Under the pieces are notes generated by a model. The model saw only the letters and a list, made by a program, of their open reading frames with translations, had not been told where the DNA came from and did no database searches. Shown here piece by piece: positions 16,563-24,853 of a stretch of DNA of 50,819 nucleotides (its first letter is position 1; each line of letters opens with the position of its first letter). The DNA comes from Candidatus Avispirillum sp. (GTDB lineage: Bacteria; Bacillota; Clostridia; Oscillospirales; CAG-272): positions 1 to 50,819 of the forward strand of contig JAZQAS010000027.1 in the NCBI GenBank assembly GCA_045545335.1, in the 5' to 3' direction. Position numbers and translations under genes: made by a program.

Positions 16563-17035
16563 TTAAAATTTTGGTCTGAGGGAGAGAGTTGCAGTTATCT
16601 TGTTGTAGGGGCGTGCATTGCACGTCCTCATATCTGCACGATAGCAGACAATTTAGAATACCTATATTTTGTCGACGTAATGAACGGATATATTGTAGGG
16701 ACAGGCGTCCTCGACTGTCCTAATTAATGAAACGATATTTTTCGCAAGGCGTTACGTCTGTAACGGACAGTCGGGGACGCCTGTCCCTACAACAACGTGT
16801 ATCTTTTGCTTTTGTCCCTGCATCAAATTTCGTACCCTTCGCGTGCAGATGACATATCAAGGGGCGTTCCGTTCGTTCTCTGCTGCGGGAGCACCAAGGC
16901 ACTCCCCTACGAATGAATTGCTCGTTTAAATTATAAAATATCGGTATTCCTAATCGTTCGCAATTGTGCTGATATCGGACGAGCGATGCTCGCCCCTACT
17001 GTGCTGCAACTCCCCGTCAAACCGTAATTTGCCGT
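16563..17035. repeat. Composite palindromic repeat block (GTAGGG-hairpin family, copy 1)
   Basis: Unit 16565-16672 aligns with the reverse complement of 16915-17033: aaattttggtctgagggagagagttgcag..gtaggggcgtgcattgcacgtcc versus aaattacggtttgacggggagttgcag..gtaggggcgagcatcgctcgtcc. Several GTAGGG(G)+hairpin modules are present. Confidence 0.8.
16694..16791. repeat. 27-bp inverted repeat (26/27) forming a long hairpin at the centre of the block
   Basis: tgtagggacaggcgtcctcgactgtcc (16694-16720) and ggacagtcggggacgcctgtccctaca (16765-16791). Confidence 0.9.
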
Positions 17036-17066
17036 CAAAAAGGCTGTCGCATTTTTCGACAGCCTT
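17036..17066 (-). terminator. Terminator of feo operon
   Basis: aggctgtcg / cgacagcct hairpin followed on the minus strand by TTTTTG. Confidence 0.7.
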
Positions 17067-17072
17067 TTCATT

Positions 17073-17261
17073 TTAATTTTCGTCTGAAGCGCCGCAGCCA
17101 CAGGAGCAGCAGCCGTTCTTTGCAGAGGGGCAGCTGCCCGAATCGGGACAGCCGATGCACTTCTTGCCCTGCTTTTTGGAGCGGACGATATAAACTATCG
17201 CCGCCGCAAGGATAGCCGCGATTATTGCGACTGTTACGATGGTAGTGATAATAGCTTTCAT
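17073..17261 (-). CDS. FeoB-associated Cys-rich small membrane protein
   Basis: 62 aa with one TM helix, then KKCIGCPDSGSCPSAKNGCCSCGCG. Lies 10 nt downstream of feoB. Confidence 0.8.
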   Translation of the reverse strand: MKAIITTIVTVAIIAAILAAAIVYIVRSKKQGKKCIGCPDSGSCPSAKNGCCSCGCGASDEN

Positions 17262-17270
17262 AATACTCGA

Positions 17271-19304
17271 TTATTTCTTAAGAGCGTATTCCGCCTTCAT
17301 CTTCCTGTTCGTATTGTTGATAAGAAGAAGAATGATGCCTGCAAATACGAGAACCGCAACAAGGCCGCATATGGCAGGTACGATCTCAAGAGACTTAGGA
17401 TCTGTGATAAGTGTGCCTACAGTGTATACGAGATATGCAATGGTATAGCCCGTTGCAAGCTGGAGGCCGATACCGCCCCAGAGCCACTTTGCGCTCTTCA
17501 TCTCGGAGTTCATAGCGCCGATAGCCGCAAAGCAGGGAGGAGTGAAGAGGTTGAACATAAGATATGCAAGTGCCGCAACCTTTGTGATACCGAAGACTGC
17601 CGCAACGCTGTCTCCCGCGCCGCTCTCAAGAGCAAGCTCATCAACGTTGATAAGGTTGGAGATGCCGTAGCAAACTGCGAGAGTACCGACAACGTTTTCC
17701 TTTGCGATAAAGCCTGTTACTGCTGCTGCCGCCATTTCCCAGGCCTTGATGCCGATGGGGATAAGAAGAACGGAGATGGGACCTGCGATGGATGCGAGGA
17801 TGGATGTGCTCTCTGCGCCCTCCTCAACGAGTTTCAGACTCCAGGTGAAGGACTGCATAACGTAAACGACTGCATTGCAAAGGAGGATGATGGTTCCCGC
17901 TTTTACTATGTAAGCCCAGCCGCGGGAGCACATAGACTTGAATGCGCGCCAGAGGGAGGGTGCCTTATACTCGGGAAGCTCGATGATGAAATAGGATTTT
18001 CTGTTCTTATAGCCTGTGATCTTATTGATAAGGAGCGCGCCGAGAAGGATGATGACGATACCTGCAAAGTACATAAGAGTACCTACCCAGGAAGCGTCGC
18101 CGAAGAACGCGCCTGCGAAAAGGGCGATAACGGGGAGCTTTGCGCCGCAGGGCATAAAGGGCGCGAGCATTGCGGTTGCCCTTCTTTCACGCTCATTTCT
18201 GATAGTACGGCAGGCCATAACGCCGGGGATAGCGCAGCCCGTGCCGATAACGAAGGGGATAACGGACTTGCCGGAGAGGCCCACCTTCTTGAAGATGGGG
18301 TCAAGAACTACGGAAACTCTTGCCATATAGCCGCAATCCTCAAGGAGCGCGATAAGGAAGTACATTACCATTACGAGGGGCAAAAATCCTACGACTGCGG
18401 AAACGCCGCCGATGATACCCTCTGTGAGCAGAGCTACGAGGAACTCGTTGCCGCCCTCGAGAAGGCCTGCCACCCATTCCTTGAACATATCTATAAGTGT
18501 TACAAGGCCGGGAATAGCTACGTCTCCGATCTCAACGCCCTCAGCGATCCAAACGCCGAGCCAGGCCTGAGAGATCTGGAAAACAAGGAACATTACCACT
18601 GCGAAAATGGGAATGCCCGCCCACTTGTTTGTAAGAACTGCGTCTATTCTGTCGTGAACGTTTCTCTTATTCGTCTTGACCTTGCGCTCTTCAACGCTCT
18701 CAACTATCTTATTTACAAAGGCAAAGCGCTTTCTGTCTGCCTCTTCAACAGTCTTCTTATCAAGAAGGTTGATTTCGCCCTGAACGTAGGGGGCTGTCTG
18801 CTCCTTACCCTTAACGGAGAGAGCCGCCTTTACTACATCCTCAAGGCCCTCGTGCTTTGCAGAGGAGGAAACGGTCATAACTACGGGGCAGTTAAGATGA
18901 GAGGAGAGAGCCTCTGTATCTATCCTTGTGTCCTTTTTCTTATTGATATCGCTCTTATTCAGGGCAACGACAACGGGAACGCCGAGCTCAAGAAGCTGAG
19001 TTGTGAAGAAAAGGCTACGGCTGAGGTTCGTTGCGTCAACGATATTGACGATAACGTCGGGGCGCTCATTCTTTACGTATGCGCTGGTGATGCTCTCCTC
19101 GCTTGTGAAGGGAGACATAGAATATGCGCCGGGGAGGTCAACTGCGATAAGCTCCTCATTTCCCGCATAGCTCTTTTTGATGGGGCTTTCTTTTCTCTCA
19201 ACGGTAACGCCTGCCCAGTTGCCCACCTTTTCGTTTCTGCCCGTGAGAGCATTGAACATAGTGGTCTTACCGCTGTTAGGATTGCCTGCAAAAGCAATTC
19301 TCAT
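17271..19304 (-). CDS. feoB: Ferrous iron transporter FeoB
   Basis: N-terminal G-domain MRIAFAGNPNSGKTTMFNALTG and DLPGAYS, followed by a polytopic permease domain. 677 aa. Confidence 0.92.
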   Translation of the reverse strand: MRIAFAGNPNSGKTTMFNALTGRNEKVGNWAGVTVERKESPIKKSYAGNEELIAVDLPGAYSMSPFTSEESITSAYVKNERPDVIVNIVDATNLSRSLFFTTQLLELGVPVVVALNKSDINKKKDTRIDTEALSSHLNCPVVMTVSSSAKHEGLEDVVKAALSVKGKEQTAPYVQGEINLLDKKTVEEADRKRFAFVNKIVESVEERKVKTNKRNVHDRIDAVLTNKWAGIPIFAVVMFLVFQISQAWLGVWIAEGVEIGDVAIPGLVTLIDMFKEWVAGLLEGGNEFLVALLTEGIIGGVSAVVGFLPLVMVMYFLIALLEDCGYMARVSVVLDPIFKKVGLSGKSVIPFVIGTGCAIPGVMACRTIRNERERRATAMLAPFMPCGAKLPVIALFAGAFFGDASWVGTLMYFAGIVIILLGALLINKITGYKNRKSYFIIELPEYKAPSLWRAFKSMCSRGWAYIVKAGTIILLCNAVVYVMQSFTWSLKLVEEGAESTSILASIAGPISVLLIPIGIKAWEMAAAAVTGFIAKENVVGTLAVCYGISNLINVDELALESGAGDSVAAVFGITKVAALAYLMFNLFTPPCFAAIGAMNSEMKSAKWLWGGIGLQLATGYTIAYLVYTVGTLITDPKSLEIVPAICGLVAVLVFAGIILLLINNTNRKMKAEYALKK

Positions 19305-19351
19305 AGGGATATCCTCCGAATATATAATATCTCAAAGCACTTACTGATGAA

Positions 19352-19371
19352 GTTAGCATCTGCTAACCATT
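19352..19371 (-). promoter_or_regulatory. Candidate operator upstream of feoB (GTTAGC-N4-GCTAAC)
   Basis: gttagcatctgctaaccatt is 18/20 identical to 19640-19659. Perfect 6-bp arms. Confidence 0.5.
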
Positions 19372-19373
19372 GG

Positions 19374-19400
19374 CAAAAAAAGTCAGCCGCCAAGGCGGCT
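19374..19400 (-). terminator. Hairpin/terminator between feoA and feoB
   Basis: Minus strand AGCCGCC-TT-GGCGGCT followed by GACTTTTTTT. Confidence 0.6.
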
Positions 19401-19411
19401 TTAACAGGCTA

Positions 19412-19624
19412 TCAGATAATGATAGCCTCAGCAAGCTGACTGTCGATATTGTAGCGCGCATCCTTTATGGATACGGTACAGCCGCCGCGGCGGTGGGCAA
19501 CAACGGTGATAGGCTCGCCGCTGTAGCAGCCGAGAGAGAAAAGGAACGCGTCCATCTCCTCGTCGTCAGTCACGATCTCGCGAATGATATACTCTTTTCC
19601 TTCAATAGCTTTTGTCAAGTTCAT
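19412..19624 (-). CDS. feoA: FeoA family protein
   Basis: 70 aa with a FeoA SH3-like pattern: KEYIIREIVTDDEEMDAFLFSLGCYSGEPITVV... Confidence 0.85.
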   Translation of the reverse strand: MNLTKAIEGKEYIIREIVTDDEEMDAFLFSLGCYSGEPITVVAHRRGGCTVSIKDARYNIDSQLAEAIII

Positions 19625-19639
19625 AGCAATACCTCGGGT

Positions 19640-19659
19640 GTTAGCATACGCTAACCATT
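19640..19659 (-). promoter_or_regulatory. Candidate operator at the feoA transcription start
   Basis: gttagcatacgctaaccatt lies between the -10 box and the feoA RBS. Confidence 0.5.
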
Positions 19660-19663
19660 ACAT

Positions 19664-19692
19664 AATATAGCATCGCCGTCGTATTTTGTCAA
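19664..19692 (-). promoter_or_regulatory. feoA promoter
   Basis: Minus strand TTGACA (19692-19687), 17-nt spacer, TATATT (19669-19664). Confidence 0.6.
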
Positions 19693-19778
19693 GAAGTTTT
19701 TGGAAATTTTTTGATATTTTTTTGATGCCGTTGTTGAATGATTATGCAGATGGCAGTATAGTTATTCGCATCTGCTAT

Positions 19779-20030
19779 AAAAATTCGGGTTTGAGGGGAG
19801 GCATCCGGGATTTTTCGGTAAAATGAACGGATGAATTGTGGGGACAGGCGTCCTCGACGGGAACCCCCAAAAGCCCACGAGTTCCCTTTCGGGGAACCCC
19901 TACGACTGTCCGTTACAGACGCAACCCATAGCGGTGAATATGGTTTTTTACTACGCCCGTCGGGGACGCCTGTCCCTACAACAATGTATATCTTTACCGC
20001 TCGTTTACATACAAAATTTCGTTTCGCTAA
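19779..20030. repeat. GTAGGG-hairpin family, copy 2
   Basis: aaaaattcgggtttgaggggagg..aaaatgaacggatgaattgtggggacaggcgtcctcgacgg (arm 19837-19860) pairs with ccgtcggggacgcctgtccctaca (19957-19980). The tail ccctacaacaatgtatatcttt.. parallels 16785-16850. Confidence 0.8.
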
Positions 20031-20120
20031 TAAATAGCTCACCATGACTGCGAATTCAGTTGGAACAAGAAAATGCCCGAAGGTGATTTATATAATTTAA
20101 TAAAAGAAGCTTCTTGTTAT

Positions 20121-20408
20121 TTAAATGAGATCAATGTCATCAGTGCCGATCAATGCCTCAGCCAGAATTCTTGCGCCAAGACTAAATCCGTCGCAAAAGG
20201 CTTGCTCACAAGAATTGAACAAATACTCATCCATACAATCATTGTATTTTTCAAAAAGCTCCCTCTGCTTTCGGTCTAAGCCTTCACTTAGCTCGTCCGA
20301 ATTACGTGTTATCAGTTTTTCAAGACTTTTTAGCTTTTCGTTGTTTCGACCTGATCTTGATATTGGGTCAATATTACCGCACCAAAGTTCTGCAATGGTT
20401 TTTGTCAT
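20121..20408 (-). CDS. Small hypothetical protein of a family seen on Clostridial mobile elements (I recall DUF6809; unverified)
   Basis: ATG 20408 lies 6 nt after GAGGTG. MTKTIAELWCGNIDP...EKYNDCMDEYLFNSCEQAFCDGFSLGARILAEAL. AT-rich. Confidence 0.55.
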   Translation of the reverse strand: MTKTIAELWCGNIDPISRSGRNNEKLKSLEKLITRNSDELSEGLDRKQRELFEKYNDCMDEYLFNSCEQAFCDGFSLGARILAEALIGTDDIDLI

Positions 20409-20444
20409 TTTACTCACCTCGTGATTTAAATCATACCATTAACA

Positions 20445-20517
20445 TACCACGGTGGTACCTCGTTGTCAAGGACAAAAAGCAAAATTCTGCACTATGACCA
20501 AATGTACCACCGTGGTA
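20445..20517. promoter_or_regulatory. Two 13-bp palindromic operators TACCAC-N-GTGGTA in the divergent promoter region
   Basis: taccacggtggta (20445-20457) and taccaccgtggta (20505-20517). Extra GTGGTA half-sites at 20537-20542 and 20557-20562. Confidence 0.6.
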
Positions 20518-20519
20518 TC

Positions 20520-20548
20520 TTGCTAATTGTACAAAAGTGGTATATAAT
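20520..20548 (+). promoter_or_regulatory. Promoter of the RHH gene
   Basis: ttgcta (20520-20525), 17-nt spacer, tataat (20543-20548). Abuts the second palindrome. Confidence 0.55.
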
Positions 20549-20565
20549 CGTATCGAGGTGGTATT

Positions 20566-20709
20566 ATGACAAATAAGGTACAGGTAAATTTAAGATTACC
20601 GGAAGAGGTTATTCAGCAATTAAAAACAGAAGCTGAAAAGCAAAAAAGAAGTGTTAATAATCTTCTCGAAGTTATTATTGATGAATACTTGAACAAGCAA
20701 AAAAGCTAA
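20566..20709 (+). CDS. Ribbon-helix-helix (Arc/CopG-like) DNA-binding protein, 47 aa (below ORF-track cutoff)
   Basis: GAGGTGG RBS. MTNKVQVNLRLPEEVIQQLKTEAEKQKRSVNNLLEVIIDEYLNKQKS* has a beta-strand then two-helix pattern. Confidence 0.65.
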   Translation: MTNKVQVNLRLPEEVIQQLKTEAEKQKRSVNNLLEVIIDEYLNKQKS

Positions 20710-20880
20710 ATTACTCCGCTTCGCTGCGTAGCTAAATAGCTCGCTACGCTCACAGCTGAATTTCACTTCGTGAAGCTAAATTAAATTCGGCATAGCTTGG
20801 CAAAGCCAAATTTAGCGCCGCAGGCATTTAGCTGACCCTATGTCAATTTAGCTCGGCGACCCAAGGAGCCGAATTTAGCT
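20704..20880. repeat. Symmetric array: 4 x AGCTRAAT(T) then 4 x (A)ATTTAGC(T)
   Basis: Forward motifs at 20704, 20730, 20754 and 20774. Inverted motifs at 20809, 20826, 20845 and 20872. Spacings are 17-26 bp and the symmetry centre is near 20793. Confidence 0.8.
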
Positions 20881-20885
20881 GAAAT

Positions 20886-20909
20886 AAAAAATGCCCCGAA
20901 GGGCATTTT
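20886..20909. terminator. Bidirectional terminator (fucI / RHH side)
   Basis: atgccc-cgaa-gggcat flanked by A and T runs. Confidence 0.75.
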
Positions 20910-22706
20910 TTATTTCTTATACATAGGACCGTAAGCCGCGCAAGCTCTGTAGTCCTGTCCTTCCTTATCCATACCGAATGCATTGAACGCTGCGGGACGG
21001 AAGATATCCTCCTCGGGAACGTTGTGCATAGATACGGGGATGCGGAGCATGGAGCACATTGTGATAAGGTCTGCGCCGATATGACCGTAGCTGATAGCGC
21101 CGTGGTTTGCGCCCCAGTTGTTCATAACGTCGTATGCAGACTTGAACGCGCCCTTACCTGTAAGTCTGGGAGCGAACCACGTGCAGGGCCATGTATAGTC
21201 TGTTCTCTTCCAGAGAGTATCGGAAACTTCCTCAGGGAGAGCAACCGTCCAGCCCTCTGCGATCTGAAGAACGGGACCGAGACCCTGAACCAGATTGAGA
21301 CGGATCATTGTTACGGGCATCTCAGCGTTTGTATAGAAACGGCTGGAGTATCCGCCGCCTCTGAAGTAGCCGAGGTCAGCGTAGTTCCAGGTGCAGTCAG
21401 CCATAACAGCGTCGCAGTCAGCCTCGGTCATCTCATACCAGGGCTTCATTACAGCGTTTCCGTTCTCATCCTTAACTGCAGCGCAGGCATCAAGACAGCA
21501 AGCGCCGGAGTTGATAAGGTGGATAACGCCGTCTGCTTCCTTTGCCTTGCCCTCCATATCGTAGCCCGTTACTCTCTTTACAGCCTCGGGGCTCCAGTAT
21601 GTACGAACGTCGGCAAACATCTGAGCGCGGTTGGTAAGCAGCTTCATAAAGAGCATACCGAGACCGTTGAGAACGTCGTTTTCAGTTGCGAGGATATAGG
21701 GCTCGCGGGCGCCGTTCCAGTCGAAGGAGGTATTGAGAAGAGCCTCGGGATAGTCGCAGTTGGGATAGAAGTCTGTCCACTGTCTCTGACCCTGGAAGCC
21801 TGCGGCGATGGCGTTATGACCTACCATCTCCTCCTCGCAGCCCTCGGGAAGATTCTTGTTGCCGTTCATAAGGTCCTTGATGATGACCATCATCTTAACG
21901 ACGAACTCCCAGTCGGAATCCTTCTGCTCGCGGGTCTTCTGGAGCTCCTCGGGGTTCTTGTCAAAGCCCTCGATGCACTTAGCCTTAGTCCATGCAAGAG
22001 CCTTTTCATATTCAGCGTGATCGTAAACGCCCTCTGTCATTCGACGGATGATCTCAACCTCATCAACAGACTCAACTCTCATACCGAGATATTCCTCGAT
22101 AAATGCAGAATCGATGATGGAGCCGCCGATACCCATGCAGATAGAGCCGATCTGGAGATAGGACTTGCCGCGCATGGTAGCGCAGGCAACAGCGGCGCGG
22201 CCGAAGCGAAGGATCTTCTCCTTAACGTCCTCGGGGATAGTAGTATCGTCAAGATCCTGAACCTCGTGACCGTAGATGCCGAATGCGGGGAGACCCTTCT
22301 GAGCGTGGGTCGCAAGAACGCTTGCAAGGTAAACTGCGCCGGGGCGCTCAGTTCCGTTGAAGCCCCATACAGCCTTGATAGTGTTTCTGTCCATATCCAT
22401 GGTCTCAGCGCCGTAGCACCAGCAGGGAGTAACTGTGAGGGTGATATCAACGCCCTCGCGCTTGAACTTCTCAGCGCAAGCGGCAGCCTCGCCTACACGA
22501 CCGATGGTAGTATCAGCGATGACTACCTTAACGGGCTCGCCGTTTGAATACTTAAGATTATCGGAAAGAAGCTTTGCCGCGCTCTTTGCCATATTCATGG
22601 TCTGAACCTCGAGAGACTCACGAACCTTGAGAACGCCGCGTCTGCCGTCAATGGTGGGGCGGATACCGATAACAGGGTATGAGCCCACAAGTCTGTTTTC
22701 TGCCAT
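20910..22706 (-). CDS. fucI: L-fucose isomerase
   Basis: The N-terminus [32 protein letters not shown]...[16 protein letters not shown] closely parallels E. coli FucI. About 598 aa from ATG 22706; the track start is 22730. Confidence 0.9.
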   Translation of the reverse strand: MAENRLVGSYPVIGIRPTIDGRRGVLKVRESLEVQTMNMAKSAAKLLSDNLKYSNGEPVKVVIADTTIGRVGEAAACAEKFKREGVDITLTVTPCWCYGAETMDMDRNTIKAVWGFNGTERPGAVYLASVLATHAQKGLPAFGIYGHEVQDLDDTTIPEDVKEKILRFGRAAVACATMRGKSYLQIGSICMGIGGSIIDSAFIEEYLGMRVESVDEVEIIRRMTEGVYDHAEYEKALAWTKAKCIEGFDKNPEELQKTREQKDSDWEFVVKMMVIIKDLMNGNKNLPEGCEEEMVGHNAIAAGFQGQRQWTDFYPNCDYPEALLNTSFDWNGAREPYILATENDVLNGLGMLFMKLLTNRAQMFADVRTYWSPEAVKRVTGYDMEGKAKEADGVIHLINSGACCLDACAAVKDENGNAVMKPWYEMTEADCDAVMADCTWNYADLGYFRGGGYSSRFYTNAEMPVTMIRLNLVQGLGPVLQIAEGWTVALPEEVSDTLWKRTDYTWPCTWFAPRLTGKGAFKSAYDVMNNWGANHGAISYGHIGADLITMCSMLRIPVSMHNVPEEDIFRPAAFNAFGMDKEGQDYRACAAYGPMYKK

Positions 22707-22893
22707 AATGTATATTTCCTTTCGAAGCATAATTTAGTAGCTTAATGATACCACATTTTGCACAACAATTCAAGGAGAGAGACAAGTTTTTTATAACAAA
22801 CAAAAAAACTTTTTTATTAACATTTTTTATATTGAAAAATAACGTAATTAGGAATAAAATAAACGGTGAACGTTTTTTGATTTGGAGAAGATT

Positions 22894-23619
22894 ATGAAGT
22901 GGACAGGCAGCTATAAGGTCAACGCCCACGATACGGACCTTAACAACATCGTCAGCCTCACGGGCCTTATGAGATATATGCAGGACGCGGCAAATTGCCA
23001 GATGGAATGCGAGGGCCCTTCCTATAACGAGCTTTTCGAGCAGGGACTTGCCTTCGTTCTCAGCCGTTTCAGACTCAGCGTTTACCACCCCATCTGCGCT
23101 CACGATAATATTGAGGTGCAGAGCTGGGCCTGCGAGTCCACGGGAGTTTCCTTCAACCGCTGCTATTGCATAAAAAAGGACGGAGAGGTCATTGCCGAGG
23201 CATCCAGCGTCTGGGCACTTTTCGACACCGCAAACCACAAGCTGGTCCGCGTTTCGGAATTCAATTCCAACTACAGCGAGGACCTTCCCGTTGAGCTTGA
23301 TATGCAGAAGCGCTTCCGCCTTCCCGCCTCCGTTCCTCTCACCCTTGTCGGCGAAAGGAGCGTTGAATATCAGGACGTTGATATGAACCGCCATATAAAC
23401 AACACCCGCTACGGCGACATCCTTTGCGGCTACCTTCCCGATATGAAGGGCCAGAGGGTCATACAGTTTGAGATAAACTACGTTTCCGAGGCCCCCCTCG
23501 GCGAAACTCTCAAGGTCTATATGGGCCGCGGAGACGATGAGAGCACCTACTATTTCCGCACCGTTCGCGACGGAGGCAAGACCAATATCGAGGCTGAGAT
23601 AATGGTTGAGGAAATTTAA
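22894..23619 (+). CDS. Acyl-ACP thioesterase (double hotdog)
   Basis: YKVNAHDTDLNNIVSLTGLMRYMQDAA and a second half VEYQDVDMNRHINNTRY. ATG 22894 after TGGAGAAG. Confidence 0.8.
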   Translation: MKWTGSYKVNAHDTDLNNIVSLTGLMRYMQDAANCQMECEGPSYNELFEQGLAFVLSRFRLSVYHPICAHDNIEVQSWACESTGVSFNRCYCIKKDGEVIAEASSVWALFDTANHKLVRVSEFNSNYSEDLPVELDMQKRFRLPASVPLTLVGERSVEYQDVDMNRHINNTRYGDILCGYLPDMKGQRVIQFEINYVSEAPLGETLKVYMGRGDDESTYYFRTVRDGGKTNIEAEIMVEEI

Positions 23620-23642
23620 GCGAAATGAATAATTAATGCAGA

Positions 23643-23668
23643 AAACCTCCCGATGACGGGAGGTTTTC
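23643..23668 (+). terminator. Terminator of thioesterase gene
   Basis: aaacctccc-gatgac-gggaggttt followed by tct. Confidence 0.7.
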
Positions 23669-23767
23669 TCAGCTTGTCGATAAAGGTATCGACAAGCTGA
23701 ACTCGGGCTGTCGAAAAGGATGCAGAAGCCGTGAATTGTCCATCGTCGGCGTACAAAGGTACGACAG

Positions 23768-23905
23768 AGGGACAATTCGCGGCTAAAAAGCCGCATATAA
23801 CAATGAAATCCGCCGATTTTCGGCGGATTTCTACTTTTTAACTTTATTTTTTCACTAAACTGAATATTATATGTTTTGCGGCTTTTGATCTGCGCCTTTT
23901 TCTTG
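23768..23905 (+). repeat. Dispersed intergenic repeat family C, copy 1
   Basis: agggacaattcgcggctaaaaagccgc..gaaatccgccgattttcggcggatttc..atatgttttgcggcttttgatctgcgcc aligns (~88 % by eye) with the reverse complement of 50684-50819. Confidence 0.85.
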
Positions 23906-23907
23906 GT

Positions 23908-24801
23908 TTATTTTGCAATTTCGGGAATATCGGCGTCGGTGTGGAGGCATTCTGTGAAAGAATACTCGGTTACTTCAAAATGCTCTCTGCCCGTATAGGA
24001 TGCGTGACCGAAAAGTCCCGTTTCGCGGTCAAGCTTAAATCTCAGCTCAGTTCCGTCGATCTCGGTCTTGTACACAAAGCAATTTCCCTCATCGGGTCGC
24101 TTTGTGAATTTAACGTCGGGATAATTGTTTTTCATAAAATCAAAAAATCCGATTCCCGTATACATTCCGAGAAGCCCGTCTAAACTCTCTTTGGCAGTTT
24201 CGTAGGTATATTTGTCGGAAACATCCCTGTATTCTCCGTTAAAAACGGAACCGAAAAGGCCGAGTATTCCGCCTACGATATCATCTTCTCCGGCTTCAGC
24301 TTCCGCGCTTTCAAAGGCTTCGTCAAAAAAGCCGCTTGTGCTTTGCGCTTCGCATACCTTGAAGGTCTTGTTTTTGTTATCAAGAATTATAATTGCACTT
24401 GCAGAGGTGGTCATAGTATTATCTTCCCATATCTCCGCTGTGCTTTGCTGTTTAAATACAAGCTCGGTCATGTCAGTGCCGTATCCCTTTACGGATATAG
24501 CGATCTCTAACAAAGACTCCCTACCGTGGAAGCTTGTAGTATCTTTTGTTACGGTATAAAAATCCCGAAGGCGCGAAATATCTGTTTCTATCTCCGGGCG
24601 GTCCAGCACCTCGTCGATCTCGGCATACTTATGGCGTATCACGTACTCGCCGACGGGGGCCTCTGTGGTCTCGGGCTCCGTTGTCGCCTCGGGCTCTTTT
24701 TCTGAAGTATCGGCGGGAGAGCCGTCCCGTCCGTTATCGGCGCAGGCAACCAAAGACAAAAGAAATGCAAATACGAGCAAAAGAGAAAAAAGCTTTTTCA
24801 T
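23908..24801 (-). CDS. Hypothetical lipoprotein
   Basis: ATG 24801. MKKLFSLLLVFAFLLSLVAC has lipobox LVAC, followed by an acidic linker. Confidence 0.7.
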   Translation of the reverse strand: MKKLFSLLLVFAFLLSLVACADNGRDGSPADTSEKEPEATTEPETTEAPVGEYVIRHKYAEIDEVLDRPEIETDISRLRDFYTVTKDTTSFHGRESLLEIAISVKGYGTDMTELVFKQQSTAEIWEDNTMTTSASAIIILDNKNKTFKVCEAQSTSGFFDEAFESAEAEAGEDDIVGGILGLFGSVFNGEYRDVSDKYTYETAKESLDGLLGMYTGIGFFDFMKNNYPDVKFTKRPDEGNCFVYKTEIDGTELRFKLDRETGLFGHASYTGREHFEVTEYSFTECLHTDADIPEIAK

Positions 24802-24853
24802 ATTTTCACCGTGCCTTTCATAAAGTTTCATTATAAGCATAATAGCATATAAT

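Noticed and set aside
19352-19659. Calling the feo operator a Fur box or an IdeR/DtxR box.
   Set aside because: There is no resemblance to GATAATGATAATCATTATC. The half-sites resemble TTAGG/CCTAA-type DtxR sites only loosely and the arm spacing differs. It is left as an operator of unknown regulator.
16336-20047. ORFs predicted inside repeat blocks: 16336-16623, 16720-16902, 19689-20045, 19831-20037, 19838-20047 and 27886-28173.
   Set aside because: They are composed of repeat-element sequence (Arg/Pro/Gly-rich translations of GTAGGG hairpins). They have no RBS, and equivalent ORFs appear in different frames in different copies.
16563-20880. CRISPR array possibility for the repeat blocks and the AGCTAAAT array.
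   Set aside because: The repeats are too short or irregular, they occur in both orientations, spacers are of uneven length, and no cas genes are present.
21024-22547. Long antisense ORFs opposite well-supported genes: 7057-7902 (asnS), 21024-22547 and 22079-22450 (fucI), 22648-23796 (thioesterase), 30472-31431 (WecA-like), 33816-35027 (glyQS), 38432-39238 (DegV), 40038-41153 (hydrolase/deacetylase) and 12470-13324 (ABC).
   Set aside because: Each overlaps a gene with clear family motifs on the other strand. Their translations are low-complexity (Ala/Gly/Val/Leu-rich) with no motifs or RBS. This is the typical shadow-ORF effect of GC-rich third positions.
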